A stretch of DNA of 64,000 bases from an uncultured Gemmatimonadaceae bacterium (GTDB lineage Bacteria > Gemmatimonadota > Gemmatimonadetes > Gemmatimonadales > Gemmatimonadaceae), in NCBI GenBank assembly GCA_963843845.1, contig CAWJMB010000002.1:1344001-1408000 (forward strand), read 5' to 3'. The notes under the pieces were generated by a model, which saw only the letters and a list, made by a program, of their open reading frames with translations, searched no databases and was not told the DNA's origin. Within the stretch, counting starts at the first letter, position 1. Each line of letters starts with the position of its first letter. This document shows positions 37,172-46,889 of this stretch, piece after piece. The position numbers were made by a program, and so were the translations under genes.

Positions 37172-38053
37172 ATGCATCGTTCCTCGAAGGTCGCCGCGCT
37201 CTGCGCGCTCGCCGTGACGGCGAGCGCGTGCAGTCAGGACGAGGTCATCCAGACGGAGAACATCCCGACCGCCGGCGTGCGGTTCATCAATGCGGTGCCT
37301 GACAGCTCAGGCGGCAAGGGGATGGATCTGCGCTTCGTCGACATCGTCGAGAACAACGCGCATTTCAACGTGCCGTTCCGCGGAAACATCGTGACGACCG
37401 GCGGTGTCCCTGCGTCGACGCTCATCGAGTTCCGGGGCGCGCGCGCCGGCCAGCGGCGGTTCCGCATCTTCCTGTCGGACTCGATCCAGAGCATCGCGTC
37501 GACGGTCGTGAAGGACACGACCGTCACGCTCGAAGCGGGCAAGCTGTACACCGCGCTTCTCTGGGGAAATGCCCGCACCGCGCCTGCGCTCCGACTCACC
37601 TTCCGCGAGGAAACGCCGCCGGACCCCGGCGCAGGCAACGTCGCACTGCGCGTCATCAACGCCACGGGGAGCGCGATCGACGTTCGGTCGTACCTGTCCA
37701 CGGCGACGCTTCCGGCGACTGCGAATTTCGCCAACGTCGGACCGCTCACGACGACGAGCTGGATCACCGTCCCGGCCAGCACGCTCGGAACGACGACCTA
37801 CCGATTCAACGTGCAGCCTGCAGGTGGTGGGACGGCGCTGTTCGCCGACGCGACGGCGCTGCCGGGTCAGGCGGCGACGGTCGACATCGAGGCGACGCCC
37901 GGGACTAGCGTCGCGGGGTCGGCAGTGACGGCGATCATCTTCCCACGCTCGACGGTGGGCGCACGGACGCCGCAGACGGCGGCCTTCCAGGTGCCGGCGA
38001 TCTCGTTCGTCTGGGACCGCCGCCCGCCGCGTACCTGCTCGCCGCTCTGCTAG
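37172..38053 (+). CDS. DUF4397-like lipoprotein
   Basis: Lipobox ASAC; repeated VRFINAVPD and LRVINAT motifs. Confidence 0.7.
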   Translation: MHRSSKVAALCALAVTASACSQDEVIQTENIPTAGVRFINAVPDSSGGKGMDLRFVDIVENNAHFNVPFRGNIVTTGGVPASTLIEFRGARAGQRRFRIFLSDSIQSIASTVVKDTTVTLEAGKLYTALLWGNARTAPALRLTFREETPPDPGAGNVALRVINATGSAIDVRSYLSTATLPATANFANVGPLTTTSWITVPASTLGTTTYRFNVQPAGGGTALFADATALPGQAATVDIEATPGTSVAGSAVTAIIFPRSTVGARTPQTAAFQVPAISFVWDRRPPRTCSPLC

Positions 38054-38084
38054 CCGTCATGCCGGATGGGTAGGTTCGACGCAT

Positions 38085-38118
38085 CGAAAGCTCGTCCGGC
38101 CCTCTGGACGAGCTTTCG
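38085..38118. terminator. Hairpin after the SusCD2 operon
   Basis: cgaaagctcgtccgg-ccct-ctggacgagctttcg. Confidence 0.6.
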
Positions 38119-38168
38119 TGCCTCCGAGACACGCGGGTTCTGTCGTTCACCTCTCGAGGACTCTCGTC

Positions 38169-38639
38169 ATGCGAATCCGATCCATGCTCGCGCTCATCAC
38201 GATCGTGCTCGCGGGCGCGTTCACAGACGCCCAGGCGCAGGACAAGAAGAAAGGGGCGCGCGATCTGATCACCCGCGATGAGCTGATGGAGACGTTCGGC
38301 CAGCGCACCATGATGGAGGCGATCTACGCGCTCCGTCCGAGGTTTCTCCAGGGGCGGCAGGGCGTGAGATCGATCGGCGCGCAGACGGGGCGAGGGGGAG
38401 CGACGGTCGTCCCGATCGCCGTGGTACTCGACGGGCGTGTGCTCGGTGAGGTCGACGTGCTGCGCAACATCATGGTCGTGAACGTCGAGGAGGCGCGGTA
38501 CTACGAGCCGAACAAGGCGGGCAACGAATTCGGCAACGTGGCGCAAGGCGGGGCCATCGTACTGAAGACGTTCAAGCCGAAGTCCGGCGCGACGCTCATC
38601 GTGAAGGACGACACGACCTCGATCGGTCGCCTACGCTGA
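38169..38639 (+). CDS. Secreted TonB-receptor plug-like domain protein without barrel
   Basis: Signal AQA; ITRDEL...VVLDG...VEEARYY...FG...GGAIVLKT resembles a plug domain. Confidence 0.6.
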   Translation: MRIRSMLALITIVLAGAFTDAQAQDKKKGARDLITRDELMETFGQRTMMEAIYALRPRFLQGRQGVRSIGAQTGRGGATVVPIAVVLDGRVLGEVDVLRNIMVVNVEEARYYEPNKAGNEFGNVAQGGAIVLKTFKPKSGATLIVKDDTTSIGRLR

Positions 38640-38658
38640 GACCGCGCGCCGAACCGTC

Positions 38659-39741
38659 ATGAAGGGCTCGGCGAGCCGACGCACGACCCGGGCGCCCGCG
38701 ATCCTATCGCCGGCGCTCGACCTGCTGTGTGTCGGAGGACTGTCGCTCATCGTGTTCATTCCGATGCTGCTGAGCGGACGCTCCGACCTCGTGCTCGTCG
38801 GCGCGGGGACGCAGGCGTGGTTGGCGACAGTCATCAACATGCCGCACTTCGTCGCGTCGTACCGGATCATCTACCGCAGCAAGGCGATGATCCTCCGGCA
38901 CAAGTGGGCGTCGATCTACATCCCCGTGCTGCTCGTCGCGTACTCGACGTTCGCGATGCTGCAGGCGGGCGAGTCCGGTGCACTCGTCATCGTGCTGATC
39001 GCGGTGGCGAGCGCCTACCTGGCCTGGCACTACACGGGGCAGGTATGGGGGATGATGGCGTCGTACGCGTACCTCGAAGGCGTGCGCTTCGAGCCTGTCG
39101 AGAAACGACTCGTTCGCACGAGTCTGCGCATCCTGCTCGTCTGGCATCTGACGTGGTTCCTCTACACGCAGATGCGGCGGCCGGACCAGGTGCGGCCCCT
39201 CTACGTCCTGGCGAGCGCCGGGACGATCGTCGCGTTCTTGCTCGGCGTCTGGGGGCTGGCCAAGCTCCGTCGTCGGACGGGCGTGCTCCCGCCGACGCGT
39301 GCGCTCGTCGCCTGGCTGTCCATCTTCGTGTGGTATGCCATGCTGGCGCGGGACCCGAAGGCGCTGTTCTGGATCCAGGCGGCGCACGCGCTGCAGTACC
39401 TCGCGTTCCCGATCCGCGTCGAGATGAATCGAACGTCGTCGGCGGCAGCGAAGTCGGCGGGGAGCTTCGTGCTCCGGATGTTCGCGTACGGCGGCGGCCT
39501 CCTCGCGATCAGCTACGTGCTGAGCCACGTGCTCCCGGGCACCGTGATGAGCACCGTCGGCGACATGTTCGGCGAGGAGCCGGGGAAAGCGGCGCCGATC
39601 CTGATCCTGATGATCATCAACATCCACCACTACTTCACGGACGGTGTGGTGTGGAAGATCAGCAATCCGGAGGTGCGCAGGGAGCTGTTCGCGCACGTGC
39701 CGGCGCCGCCCTTCGTGAAGCCGGCGAAACCCGTCGCGTAG
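38659..39741 (+). CDS. Multi-pass membrane protein with four His motifs
   Basis: Many hydrophobic segments; NMPHF, WHYTGQ, AHALQY, IHHYFTD. Confidence 0.7.
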   Translation: MKGSASRRTTRAPAILSPALDLLCVGGLSLIVFIPMLLSGRSDLVLVGAGTQAWLATVINMPHFVASYRIIYRSKAMILRHKWASIYIPVLLVAYSTFAMLQAGESGALVIVLIAVASAYLAWHYTGQVWGMMASYAYLEGVRFEPVEKRLVRTSLRILLVWHLTWFLYTQMRRPDQVRPLYVLASAGTIVAFLLGVWGLAKLRRRTGVLPPTRALVAWLSIFVWYAMLARDPKALFWIQAAHALQYLAFPIRVEMNRTSSAAAKSAGSFVLRMFAYGGGLLAISYVLSHVLPGTVMSTVGDMFGEEPGKAAPILILMIINIHHYFTDGVVWKISNPEVRRELFAHVPAPPFVKPAKPVA

Positions 39742-39755
39742 GCGACGCTCGCGGG

Positions 39756-41129
39756 TCACCTGAAGGCGTTCTTCATCCAGATGACGGCGACGCCGCAGGC
39801 GCCGGTGATCACGCTGCGCGAGGTGAACTCGGCCGGCACGGTGGAGCCGCGTGGGTAGGCCTCGACGGCGGCGATGTCCGCGGGGTTGATCGTGCTGAGC
39901 CACTCCTGGTCGCTCGGTAGACCGTCGATGAAGATCTGTGCGTTGCACCACTGCCCGGACGGCGTCTTCATGAGGAGGCGGAACTGCGTCGCGGAGCGCT
40001 GCACGAGGGTCGCCGGGAACTGGTCGAAGACGGAGCTCAGCAGCCCGTGCGGATTGATCTGCGACGAGTCGCGCATGTAGCCGAGCCCGATGCGGCGCCG
40101 CTCGAAGAGCGCCTCGGCGAGGCGTCGTGCGCGCGGAGAGCCCGTGACGCGGACGACGTCGAGCATCTGGATCGGCTCGAGCTGCGCGGCGAACCGCGTG
40201 GTGTCGCCCGCAGTCACGTCGACGACCGACGCGGCGGGGGACATGCCGATCGCGAACGCCTCGATCTGGCGAGAGCCGGTCGCGATGTTGCGCGCGACGA
40301 ATCGGCCGCGGTCGTCGGTGCGGAACTCGAGCGAATCCCCCTCGATGAAGACGCGGGCGTTCGCGATCGGCACGCCGCCGGGCCGGGTGACCTGTCCGAC
40401 GACGAGGCCGGCGCGTGGGGCGCCGTGAGAGGGCACCTGCGAGATCGCGAAGTCGCGACGTTGCACGGGCAGATCGCTGGAGATCATCTCGATGACGCCA
40501 CTGTCGCCGGAGTCGGCGCTCGCCTGCATGCGGAGGCCGAGGCCCACGGGGACGCCGCAGATGGCGTAGCCGCCGTCGGCGTTCGTGCGGCCGGCCCCGG
40601 CGAACTGCTGCATGTTCACGCTGCGCCCCTTCTTCACGTCGAGCGCCAGCCACGTGACGCCGACGACTGCGTTCGCGATCGGCCGCCGGGACTCCGCGCC
40701 GACGACCGTGCCGTAGACGAAGCCGCTGTCCTTCGACGCCTTTCCGCGGCAGGCGACGCTCCACATGCTGGCGAACGACGGCGTGGCGATGCGTAGCTCG
40801 CGGAGTTCGCCCGCCGGGTCACCGACCCGCACACGCGCGGCGAGTCCGGAGAATCCGAGCGAATCGAGTGTGGCGTGTTGGACCGACACGACGTGCTCGC
40901 CGACGCTCACGCTGTCGAACTGAAAGCGTCCGCGAGCGTCGCTCTCCGCGCTGCGGCCGCCGTCGAGCGTGACGAACGCGTTGCTCAGCGGGCGGCCGCG
41001 TACGCTATCGTAGGCCACGCCGCGCAGCACGGTGGGCGCGGCTTGCGCCGACTGCCCCGCCGCCCGCCCGAGCGGCACCGAGGAGAGCGCGGCCGCGAGG
41101 CAGTAGCCCGAACGACGAACTTGGCGCAT
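39756..41129 (-). CDS. Secreted protein with carboxypeptidase-regulatory-like repeats and a C-terminal plug-like domain
   Basis: GRPLSNAFV, RRPIANAVV and GVPIANARV repeats; IFIDG...INPADIAAVEAY...CGVAVIW. Confidence 0.75.
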   Translation of the reverse strand: MRQVRRSGYCLAAALSSVPLGRAAGQSAQAAPTVLRGVAYDSVRGRPLSNAFVTLDGGRSAESDARGRFQFDSVSVGEHVVSVQHATLDSLGFSGLAARVRVGDPAGELRELRIATPSFASMWSVACRGKASKDSGFVYGTVVGAESRRPIANAVVGVTWLALDVKKGRSVNMQQFAGAGRTNADGGYAICGVPVGLGLRMQASADSGDSGVIEMISSDLPVQRRDFAISQVPSHGAPRAGLVVGQVTRPGGVPIANARVFIEGDSLEFRTDDRGRFVARNIATGSRQIEAFAIGMSPAASVVDVTAGDTTRFAAQLEPIQMLDVVRVTGSPRARRLAEALFERRRIGLGYMRDSSQINPHGLLSSVFDQFPATLVQRSATQFRLLMKTPSGQWCNAQIFIDGLPSDQEWLSTINPADIAAVEAYPRGSTVPAEFTSRSVITGACGVAVIWMKNAFR

Positions 41130-41265
41130 GACGACAGTCGCTGAACGTGGGACAGCGAGGCAGCACGGCGAGATCGGGCAGCGTGCGACGATGCGGCGCC
41201 GCGAGCGTGTGTACCGCGATCGCTAAATTGAAGTTCCCACCGCAGCCTGCCTCGACCCACGGTTC

Positions 41266-44200
41266 ATGCACTCTCGCCGCCGAACTGCTCTCACGATCGT
41301 CGCGCTCGCAGGAGCGTCCGGAGTCGCTGCATGCGGTCGAGATCGGGCGCCGGCGCCGTGGCACGACGAGGCCGGGCACCGGTGGCGGGAGCTCGCAGTG
41401 AACGGTGGCGCGCCGGGCTTCACGCCGATGCAGGCGCGGTCGACGGGCGTGCGCTTCCAGAACGACGTCAGCGACTCGGTGCTGCTCGGCAACCGCATCC
41501 TCGGGCAGGGGGCGGGGGTGGCGTTAGGCGACGTCGACGGTGACGGACGCGTCGACGTCTTCCTCGCGCGGACCGAAGGGTGTAGCGCACTCTATCGCAA
41601 CGAGGGCGCGTGGAAGTTCGAGGACGTCACGCGGGTGGCGGGCGTCGGAGCCTGTGGGCGTCACGCGAGCGGCGCGGCGTTCGCGGACATCGACGGCGAC
41701 CGTGACCTCGACCTCGTGCTGCTGGCGACGACGGGGCCGAACGCGATATTCACGAACGACGGACGCGGACGATTCACCGAGCGGCGCGACCTCGGGCTCG
41801 ACTCGACGGGGCGCGGCGGTACGACGATCACGATGGCCGACGTCGACGGCGACGGGCGGCTCGATCTGTACGTCGCGAACTACAAGGCGTACAGCCCGGT
41901 CGACACGCTGTCGCCGCAGCAACGCGCGACCAGTCAGCTCGTCCGGCAGACGGGCCCGGATCGGTACGAGGTCATGCCGGAGCGCGCCAACGACTTCAAG
42001 CTCGTGATGCGCCCCGACATGGGCGGCATGAATGTGACGATGCGCGCCGAGCCGGACGATTTCTATCGAAACGTCGGGGGGCGCTTCGCGCGCGAGCCGC
42101 TGACGTCGGCGCGGTTCCGCGATGCGGCTGGCAATCCGCTCGCGAGCGAGCCCGAGTCGTTCGGGCTCGGCGCGAAGTTCGTGGACCTGAACGGCGACGG
42201 CGCGCCCGACCTCTACGTCGCGAACGACTTCGAGGACACCGACGAACTGTGGTGGAACGACGGACGCGGCAACTTCCGCCTCGCCGACTGGACCGCCCAG
42301 CGGCAGATCAGCAACTCCGCGATGGGCGTCGACGTCGCCGACGTGAACGGCGACGGACTGCCGGACATGTTCGAAGTCGACATGCTGAGCAACGACAGTC
42401 GGCGGCTGAAGACGCAGATGCCGACGCACACGGCACTGCCGAAGCAGCCTGGCGACCTCACCACACAGCTGCAGCAGCAGCGGAACACGCTGTTCGTGAA
42501 TCGAGGCGACGGCACGTTCGCGGAGGTCGCGCAGATGGCCGGGGTCGGCGCGAGCGGCTGGTCGTGGGGCGCGATGTTCATCGACGTCGACCTCGACGGA
42601 TGGCAGGACATCCTCATCGCGAACGGCCATCTGTGGGACATCATGGACGCGGACGTACAGGAGCGGATCCAGAACCGGCTCACGAATGTGTCGTGGCAGC
42701 GCGAGCGGTGGGAGTTCCCGACGTTGAAGCTGACGAACGTCGCGTTTCGCAACCGCGGCGCACCGAGCCCCGGCGGGGCGCCGACGTTCGAGGACGTGAG
42801 CGCGACCTGGCAGTTCGGGGTCGACGGCGACTATTCACACGGCCTCGCTGCGGCCGACCTGGACGGCGACGGCGATCAGGACGTGGTCGTCAACCGACTG
42901 CGCGCGCCGGCGCTGCTGCTGCGCAACGATGCGCGCGCGCCGCGGGTCGCGGTACGCCTGATCGGCGCGGGACAGAACACGCGCGCGGTCGGCGCGACCG
43001 TACGACTGTTGAACGGTGCGACGCCGGTCCAGTCGCGCGAGGTGACAGTCGGCGGGCTGTATCTGTCGCACAGTGACTTCGGACTGTCGTTCGCGGCCGG
43101 ACGATCGGACAGTGCGACGCTGGTCGTCGACTGGCGTGGCGGCGGGCGGACGACGATTCACGGCGTGCGGCCGAACCGCGAGTACGAGATCACCGAGCCG
43201 CGTGGCGGGGCGCCCGCGGCGAGCGCCGCCGCCGCCTCGACGGTCGCCGCGCCGCCGAGCAGTCGTGGCGCCGCGGCGCTGTGCGGCCGCGCGTCGTGCC
43301 CGCTGTTCGAGGACGCGACCGCGCTGCTCGGCGGACACCTGCACACAGAGGCGCCGTTCGACGACTGGGAGCGGCAGTTCCTGCTGCCGAATGCGTTGTC
43401 GCAGCTCGGGCCGGGCGTATCGTGGATCGACTACGATCGCGACGGCGACGACGATCTCATCGTCGGCGCGGGGCGCGGTGGGTCGTTGGGGGTGTTCCGC
43501 AACGAGGGTGGGCGACTGATCGCGGTCGCTGGTCCGACCATGATCGCCGACGCGACGACGGTCCTCGGCCTTCCGTCGCCGACGGGGACGCGGCTCGTCG
43601 TCGGTGTGTCGAGCTGGGAAGTCGAGAGTGCACCGTCGGCGGCGGTCCTCTCGCCAGGCAGGGGCGCCGCCCTGGTGCCGCTCCTGCCGCCGCAGAGCGC
43701 GGCGTCGGGCCCGCTCGCGCTCGGCGACTACGACGGCGACGGGGACCTCGATCTGTTCGTCGGCGGGCGCGCGGTTCCGGGAGCGTACCCGGCGGCCGCC
43801 TCGTCGTCGCTCTGGCGCAACGAGGCGGCACCCGGCGCGCCGCAGCAGCGGCAGTTCGTTCGCGACTCGGCGCGGTCGGCAGCGCTCGCCGACATCGGCC
43901 TCGTCTCCGCGGCGAGCTTCGCGGACGTCGATGGCGACGGTCGCGCGGACCTCGTGCTCGCACGCGAGTGGGACGCGATCGCGCTGCTGCTCAACCGCGA
44001 TGACCGGTTCGAGCTGGCGCCGGCCTCGTGGGGGCTCGCGCGCTGGACGGGGCGCTGGAACGGCGTCGCGACGGGGGACCTCGACGGAGATGGGCGGCTG
44101 GATCTCGTGGCCACCGGCTGGGGACGCAACACGATGACGCCGACCGACAGCGCGCGGCCGCTCGTGCTCTTCCACGGCAGGTTCGGCGCCGGCGGTGAGG

Positions 44201-45051
44201 AGGAGATGCTGCTCGCGCGCGAGGATGCGCGCGTCCGCGGGCTCGCACCGCTGAACGGCTATCCGCGCATGCGTGTCGCCGTGCCCGCACTCGCGCAGCG
44301 CGTGGGGACGTTCGCCGCGTACGCCGACGCGACCGTCGACCAGCTGCTCGGTCCCCTCATGAACACGACGTCGCGCCGCTCGATCGTGACGCTCGACCAC
44401 ATGGTGTTCCTGAATCGCGGCGACCACTTCGAGGCGACCGCGCTGCCGGGCGTGGCGCAAGAGGCGCCGGCGTGGGGCGCGGCGGTCGCGGACTTCGACG
44501 GCGACGGGCGTGAGGACGTCTTTCTCAGCCAGAACTTCTATCCGACCGCCGTCGGGCTTCCGCGCTACGACGCCGGGCGCGGCCTGCTCCTGTCGGCCGA
44601 CGAGCGCGGGCAGCTACAGCCGGTGAGCGGCATGGCGTCGGGGATCGTCGTCTACGGCGATCAGCGCGGTGCCGCGGTCGCGGACTACGACGGCGACGGG
44701 CGGGTCGACCTCGTGATCGGCGAGAACGCCGGAGCGACGCGACTCTTTCACAACCGTGGTGCGAAGGTCGGGCTCCGCGTGCGGCTGCAGGGACCGCCGT
44801 TCAATCCCGACGCGGTGGGCGCCCAGGTGCGCCTCGTCTACGGCGGCGGGGGCGTCGGCGAGCGCATGGGCCCCGTGCGTGAGGTGCAGGCCGGGAGCGG
44901 ATACTGGTCGCAGCACAGCGCGGTCCAGCTCTTCGGGCTCGCCGCCGCACCGACGGCCGTCTGGGTGCGCTGGCCCGGCGGCGTCGTGACGCGAGCCGCG
45001 GTGCCGCCAGGTGCGCGCCAGATCACGGTGTCGGCCAACCCACGCGGTTAA
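41266..45051 (+). CDS. FG-GAP/VCBS repeat, ASPIC/UnbV (CRTAC1-like) lipoprotein
   Basis: Lipobox VAAC; more than 10 DxDGDG loops; two ASPIC-like regions (AVGATV...GGLYLSHS and AVGAQV...GSGYWSQHS...VRWP). Confidence 0.88.
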   Translation: MHSRRRTALTIVALAGASGVAACGRDRAPAPWHDEAGHRWRELAVNGGAPGFTPMQARSTGVRFQNDVSDSVLLGNRILGQGAGVALGDVDGDGRVDVFLARTEGCSALYRNEGAWKFEDVTRVAGVGACGRHASGAAFADIDGDRDLDLVLLATTGPNAIFTNDGRGRFTERRDLGLDSTGRGGTTITMADVDGDGRLDLYVANYKAYSPVDTLSPQQRATSQLVRQTGPDRYEVMPERANDFKLVMRPDMGGMNVTMRAEPDDFYRNVGGRFAREPLTSARFRDAAGNPLASEPESFGLGAKFVDLNGDGAPDLYVANDFEDTDELWWNDGRGNFRLADWTAQRQISNSAMGVDVADVNGDGLPDMFEVDMLSNDSRRLKTQMPTHTALPKQPGDLTTQLQQQRNTLFVNRGDGTFAEVAQMAGVGASGWSWGAMFIDVDLDGWQDILIANGHLWDIMDADVQERIQNRLTNVSWQRERWEFPTLKLTNVAFRNRGAPSPGGAPTFEDVSATWQFGVDGDYSHGLAAADLDGDGDQDVVVNRLRAPALLLRNDARAPRVAVRLIGAGQNTRAVGATVRLLNGATPVQSREVTVGGLYLSHSDFGLSFAAGRSDSATLVVDWRGGGRTTIHGVRPNREYEITEPRGGAPAASAAAASTVAAPPSSRGAAALCGRASCPLFEDATALLGGHLHTEAPFDDWERQFLLPNALSQLGPGVSWIDYDRDGDDDLIVGAGRGGSLGVFRNEGGRLIAVAGPTMIADATTVLGLPSPTGTRLVVGVSSWEVESAPSAAVLSPGRGAALVPLLPPQSAASGPLALGDYDGDGDLDLFVGGRAVPGAYPAAASSSLWRNEAAPGAPQQRQFVRDSARSAALADIGLVSAASFADVDGDGRADLVLAREWDAIALLLNRDDRFELAPASWGLARWTGRWNGVATGDLDGDGRLDLVATGWGRNTMTPTDSARPLVLFHGRFGAGGEEEMLLAREDARVRGLAPLNGYPRMRVAVPALAQRVGTFAAYADATVDQLLGPLMNTTSRRSIVTLDHMVFLNRGDHFEATALPGVAQEAPAWGAAVADFDGDGREDVFLSQNFYPTAVGLPRYDAGRGLLLSADERGQLQPVSGMASGIVVYGDQRGAAVADYDGDGRVDLVIGENAGATRLFHNRGAKVGLRVRLQGPPFNPDAVGAQVRLVYGGGGVGERMGPVREVQAGSGYWSQHSAVQLFGLAAAPTAVWVRWPGGVVTRAAVPPGARQITVSANPRG

Positions 45052-45129
45052 GATGCTCGGGCCTCGCGACCTCGTCGCCGCGCGGTCTCGCCGCGCAACC
45101 TTTTCGCGTCTCTCGTCATCGAACCCGTC

Positions 45130-45780
45130 ATGCGAATCCGACTCCCCCTCTCGGCCGCGCTGAGCGCCGCCGTGTTCGTCGCGCCGCAGGCCGCGCGCGC
45201 GCAGGCATGGTACTATCCGTCGTTCCAGATCCCGACGACCGTCGGGCGCGACTACACCTTCGCCGCGGCGGGCGGGGGCGGAACGGCGTTCGTGTTTCAG
45301 TGGCGCGAAGCGCTCGACGCGATCAACCAGCTGTCTCTCGACGCGGGGCTCGCCGACGCGGAGGGGCCGTCGAACACGAAGCTGTTCGTCGGCGGGCAGT
45401 ACGCGCGACAGCTCACGCGCGCGCAAGCCGACCAGCCGCTCGATCTGCTGCTGACGGCGGGTGCCGGTGTCGCGTTCGGCGACGGGCCGGACGTGTTCCG
45501 GATTCCGGTCGGCGTCTCGATCGGGCACCGGTTCCCGCTCGAGGGGGAGCTGGCGGTCACGCCGTACGTGCACCCACGCGTGTCGCTCGACACGTACACG
45601 GGGGGTGACGGCGCCTACGCCGACCGCACGAAGCTCGCGCTCGACTTCGATCTCGGCGGCAACCTCGAATTGACGCGGACGCTCGCCGTGCGGGCGACCT
45701 TCCGGTTCTCCGGCGACGCGCCGAGCGAGACGGGGTTCGGCGTCGGATTGACCTACACGCCGAGCAGTCTGCGACGCTAG
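45130..45780 (+). CDS. Exported hypothetical protein, probable outer-membrane beta-barrel
   Basis: Signal ARAQ; beta strands ending GFGVGLTY. Confidence 0.6.
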   Translation: MRIRLPLSAALSAAVFVAPQAARAQAWYYPSFQIPTTVGRDYTFAAAGGGGTAFVFQWREALDAINQLSLDAGLADAEGPSNTKLFVGGQYARQLTRAQADQPLDLLLTAGAGVAFGDGPDVFRIPVGVSIGHRFPLEGELAVTPYVHPRVSLDTYTGGDGAYADRTKLALDFDLGGNLELTRTLAVRATFRFSGDAPSETGFGVGLTYTPSSLRR

Positions 45781-45783
45781 GCG

Positions 45784-46344
45784 CTACCGGCTGGCCGACT
45801 TCACGAGCACGGCGTTCGCGATCCGCTTCTCGAGTTGCCCGGTCGATGCGCAGTGCAGCAGGTCGCCGCTCGTCGCCATCGGGCGGGCGGTGGCGGTGAC
45901 GAGCGTCGAGACGAGTGCGGCGGCAGTGTCGGCGGTCGGCGAGATGGCCGTCGAGACGGCGAGCGTCACTTCGTAGCTGTTCGCCTTGTCGTCGCCGAGC
46001 ATGTCGGCGCCACACGAGACGAGCGCCGTCATGCGCAGCGTGCCGAGGCGGCCGCGCGCGCGGTTGTTCGCCGACACGATCTGCCTCGTGTCGGTGAGGT
46101 ACGTCGTCACCGGGAGCGCGAAGTCGGCGAAGACGCTCGGGATCAGCTTCCACGCGAGGTCGGGCGCGACGCGGATGGTCGCGCCCTGCGTGCGATCCTG
46201 GTTCGTCAGCTGCACGCTGGAGGTGCCGGTCGACGTCGTGATGACGGCGGTGCGGGGCGTGACGACGGTCGTCTCCTGGGGCGTGGAACGGGCGCCGGCG
46301 CAGGCGGTGACCAGGAGGAGCGCGGCGGAGACGGACCGTGGCAT
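45784..46344 (-). CDS. Hypothetical lipoprotein
   Basis: Lipobox VTAC; two further cysteines (VSCG, HCAS). Confidence 0.6.
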   Translation of the reverse strand: MPRSVSAALLLVTACAGARSTPQETTVVTPRTAVITTSTGTSSVQLTNQDRTQGATIRVAPDLAWKLIPSVFADFALPVTTYLTDTRQIVSANNRARGRLGTLRMTALVSCGADMLGDDKANSYEVTLAVSTAISPTADTAAALVSTLVTATARPMATSGDLLHCASTGQLEKRIANAVLVKSASR

Positions 46345-46496
46345 GATCGGCGACAGGCTGGGTGAGCGAACGGCGACGAACGTCGATAGCATGTGACGAG
46401 GCTCGGCGACCCGCCAGTGGCGGGGCGCGCCGACGACCGCGGTCGTAGACCGGGCGCGCGTCTTGCCCGCACGGTGCTCACTCTCTCACACCGCAC

Positions 46497-46889
46497 ATGA
46501 CTGATTCGTCGCTGCCGCCAGTGCTCGTCGTCGACGACAACCATGACAACACCGAGATCATCCAACGCTACCTCGAAGCGCGGGGATACCCGGTGTCGGT
46601 CGCGTACTCCGGGGACGAGGCGCTCGCGCAGCTGGAGCAGGTGCGTCCGTCGATCGTGCTGCTCGACGTCATGATGCCGGGGCGCGACGGATGGGAGGTG
46701 TGCCGCCTCATGAAGTCGCACCCGGTACTCGGTAAGCAGTTGCGCGTCATCATGGTGACCGCGCTCGACGAGTGGAACGACCGGCGCCAGGCACTCCAGA
46801 CCGGCGCCGACGACTACGTGGCGAAGCCGTTCGACCTGCCGAAGCTGGCGATCACGGTCGAACGGAACGTCGCCATGCTGGGCCGTTGA
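46497..46889 (+). CDS. Single-domain response regulator
   Basis: VLVVDD, LLDVMMPG (phospho-Asp), VTA, AKPF. Confidence 0.92.
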   Translation: MTDSSLPPVLVVDDNHDNTEIIQRYLEARGYPVSVAYSGDEALAQLEQVRPSIVLLDVMMPGRDGWEVCRLMKSHPVLGKQLRVIMVTALDEWNDRRQALQTGADDYVAKPFDLPKLAITVERNVAMLGR

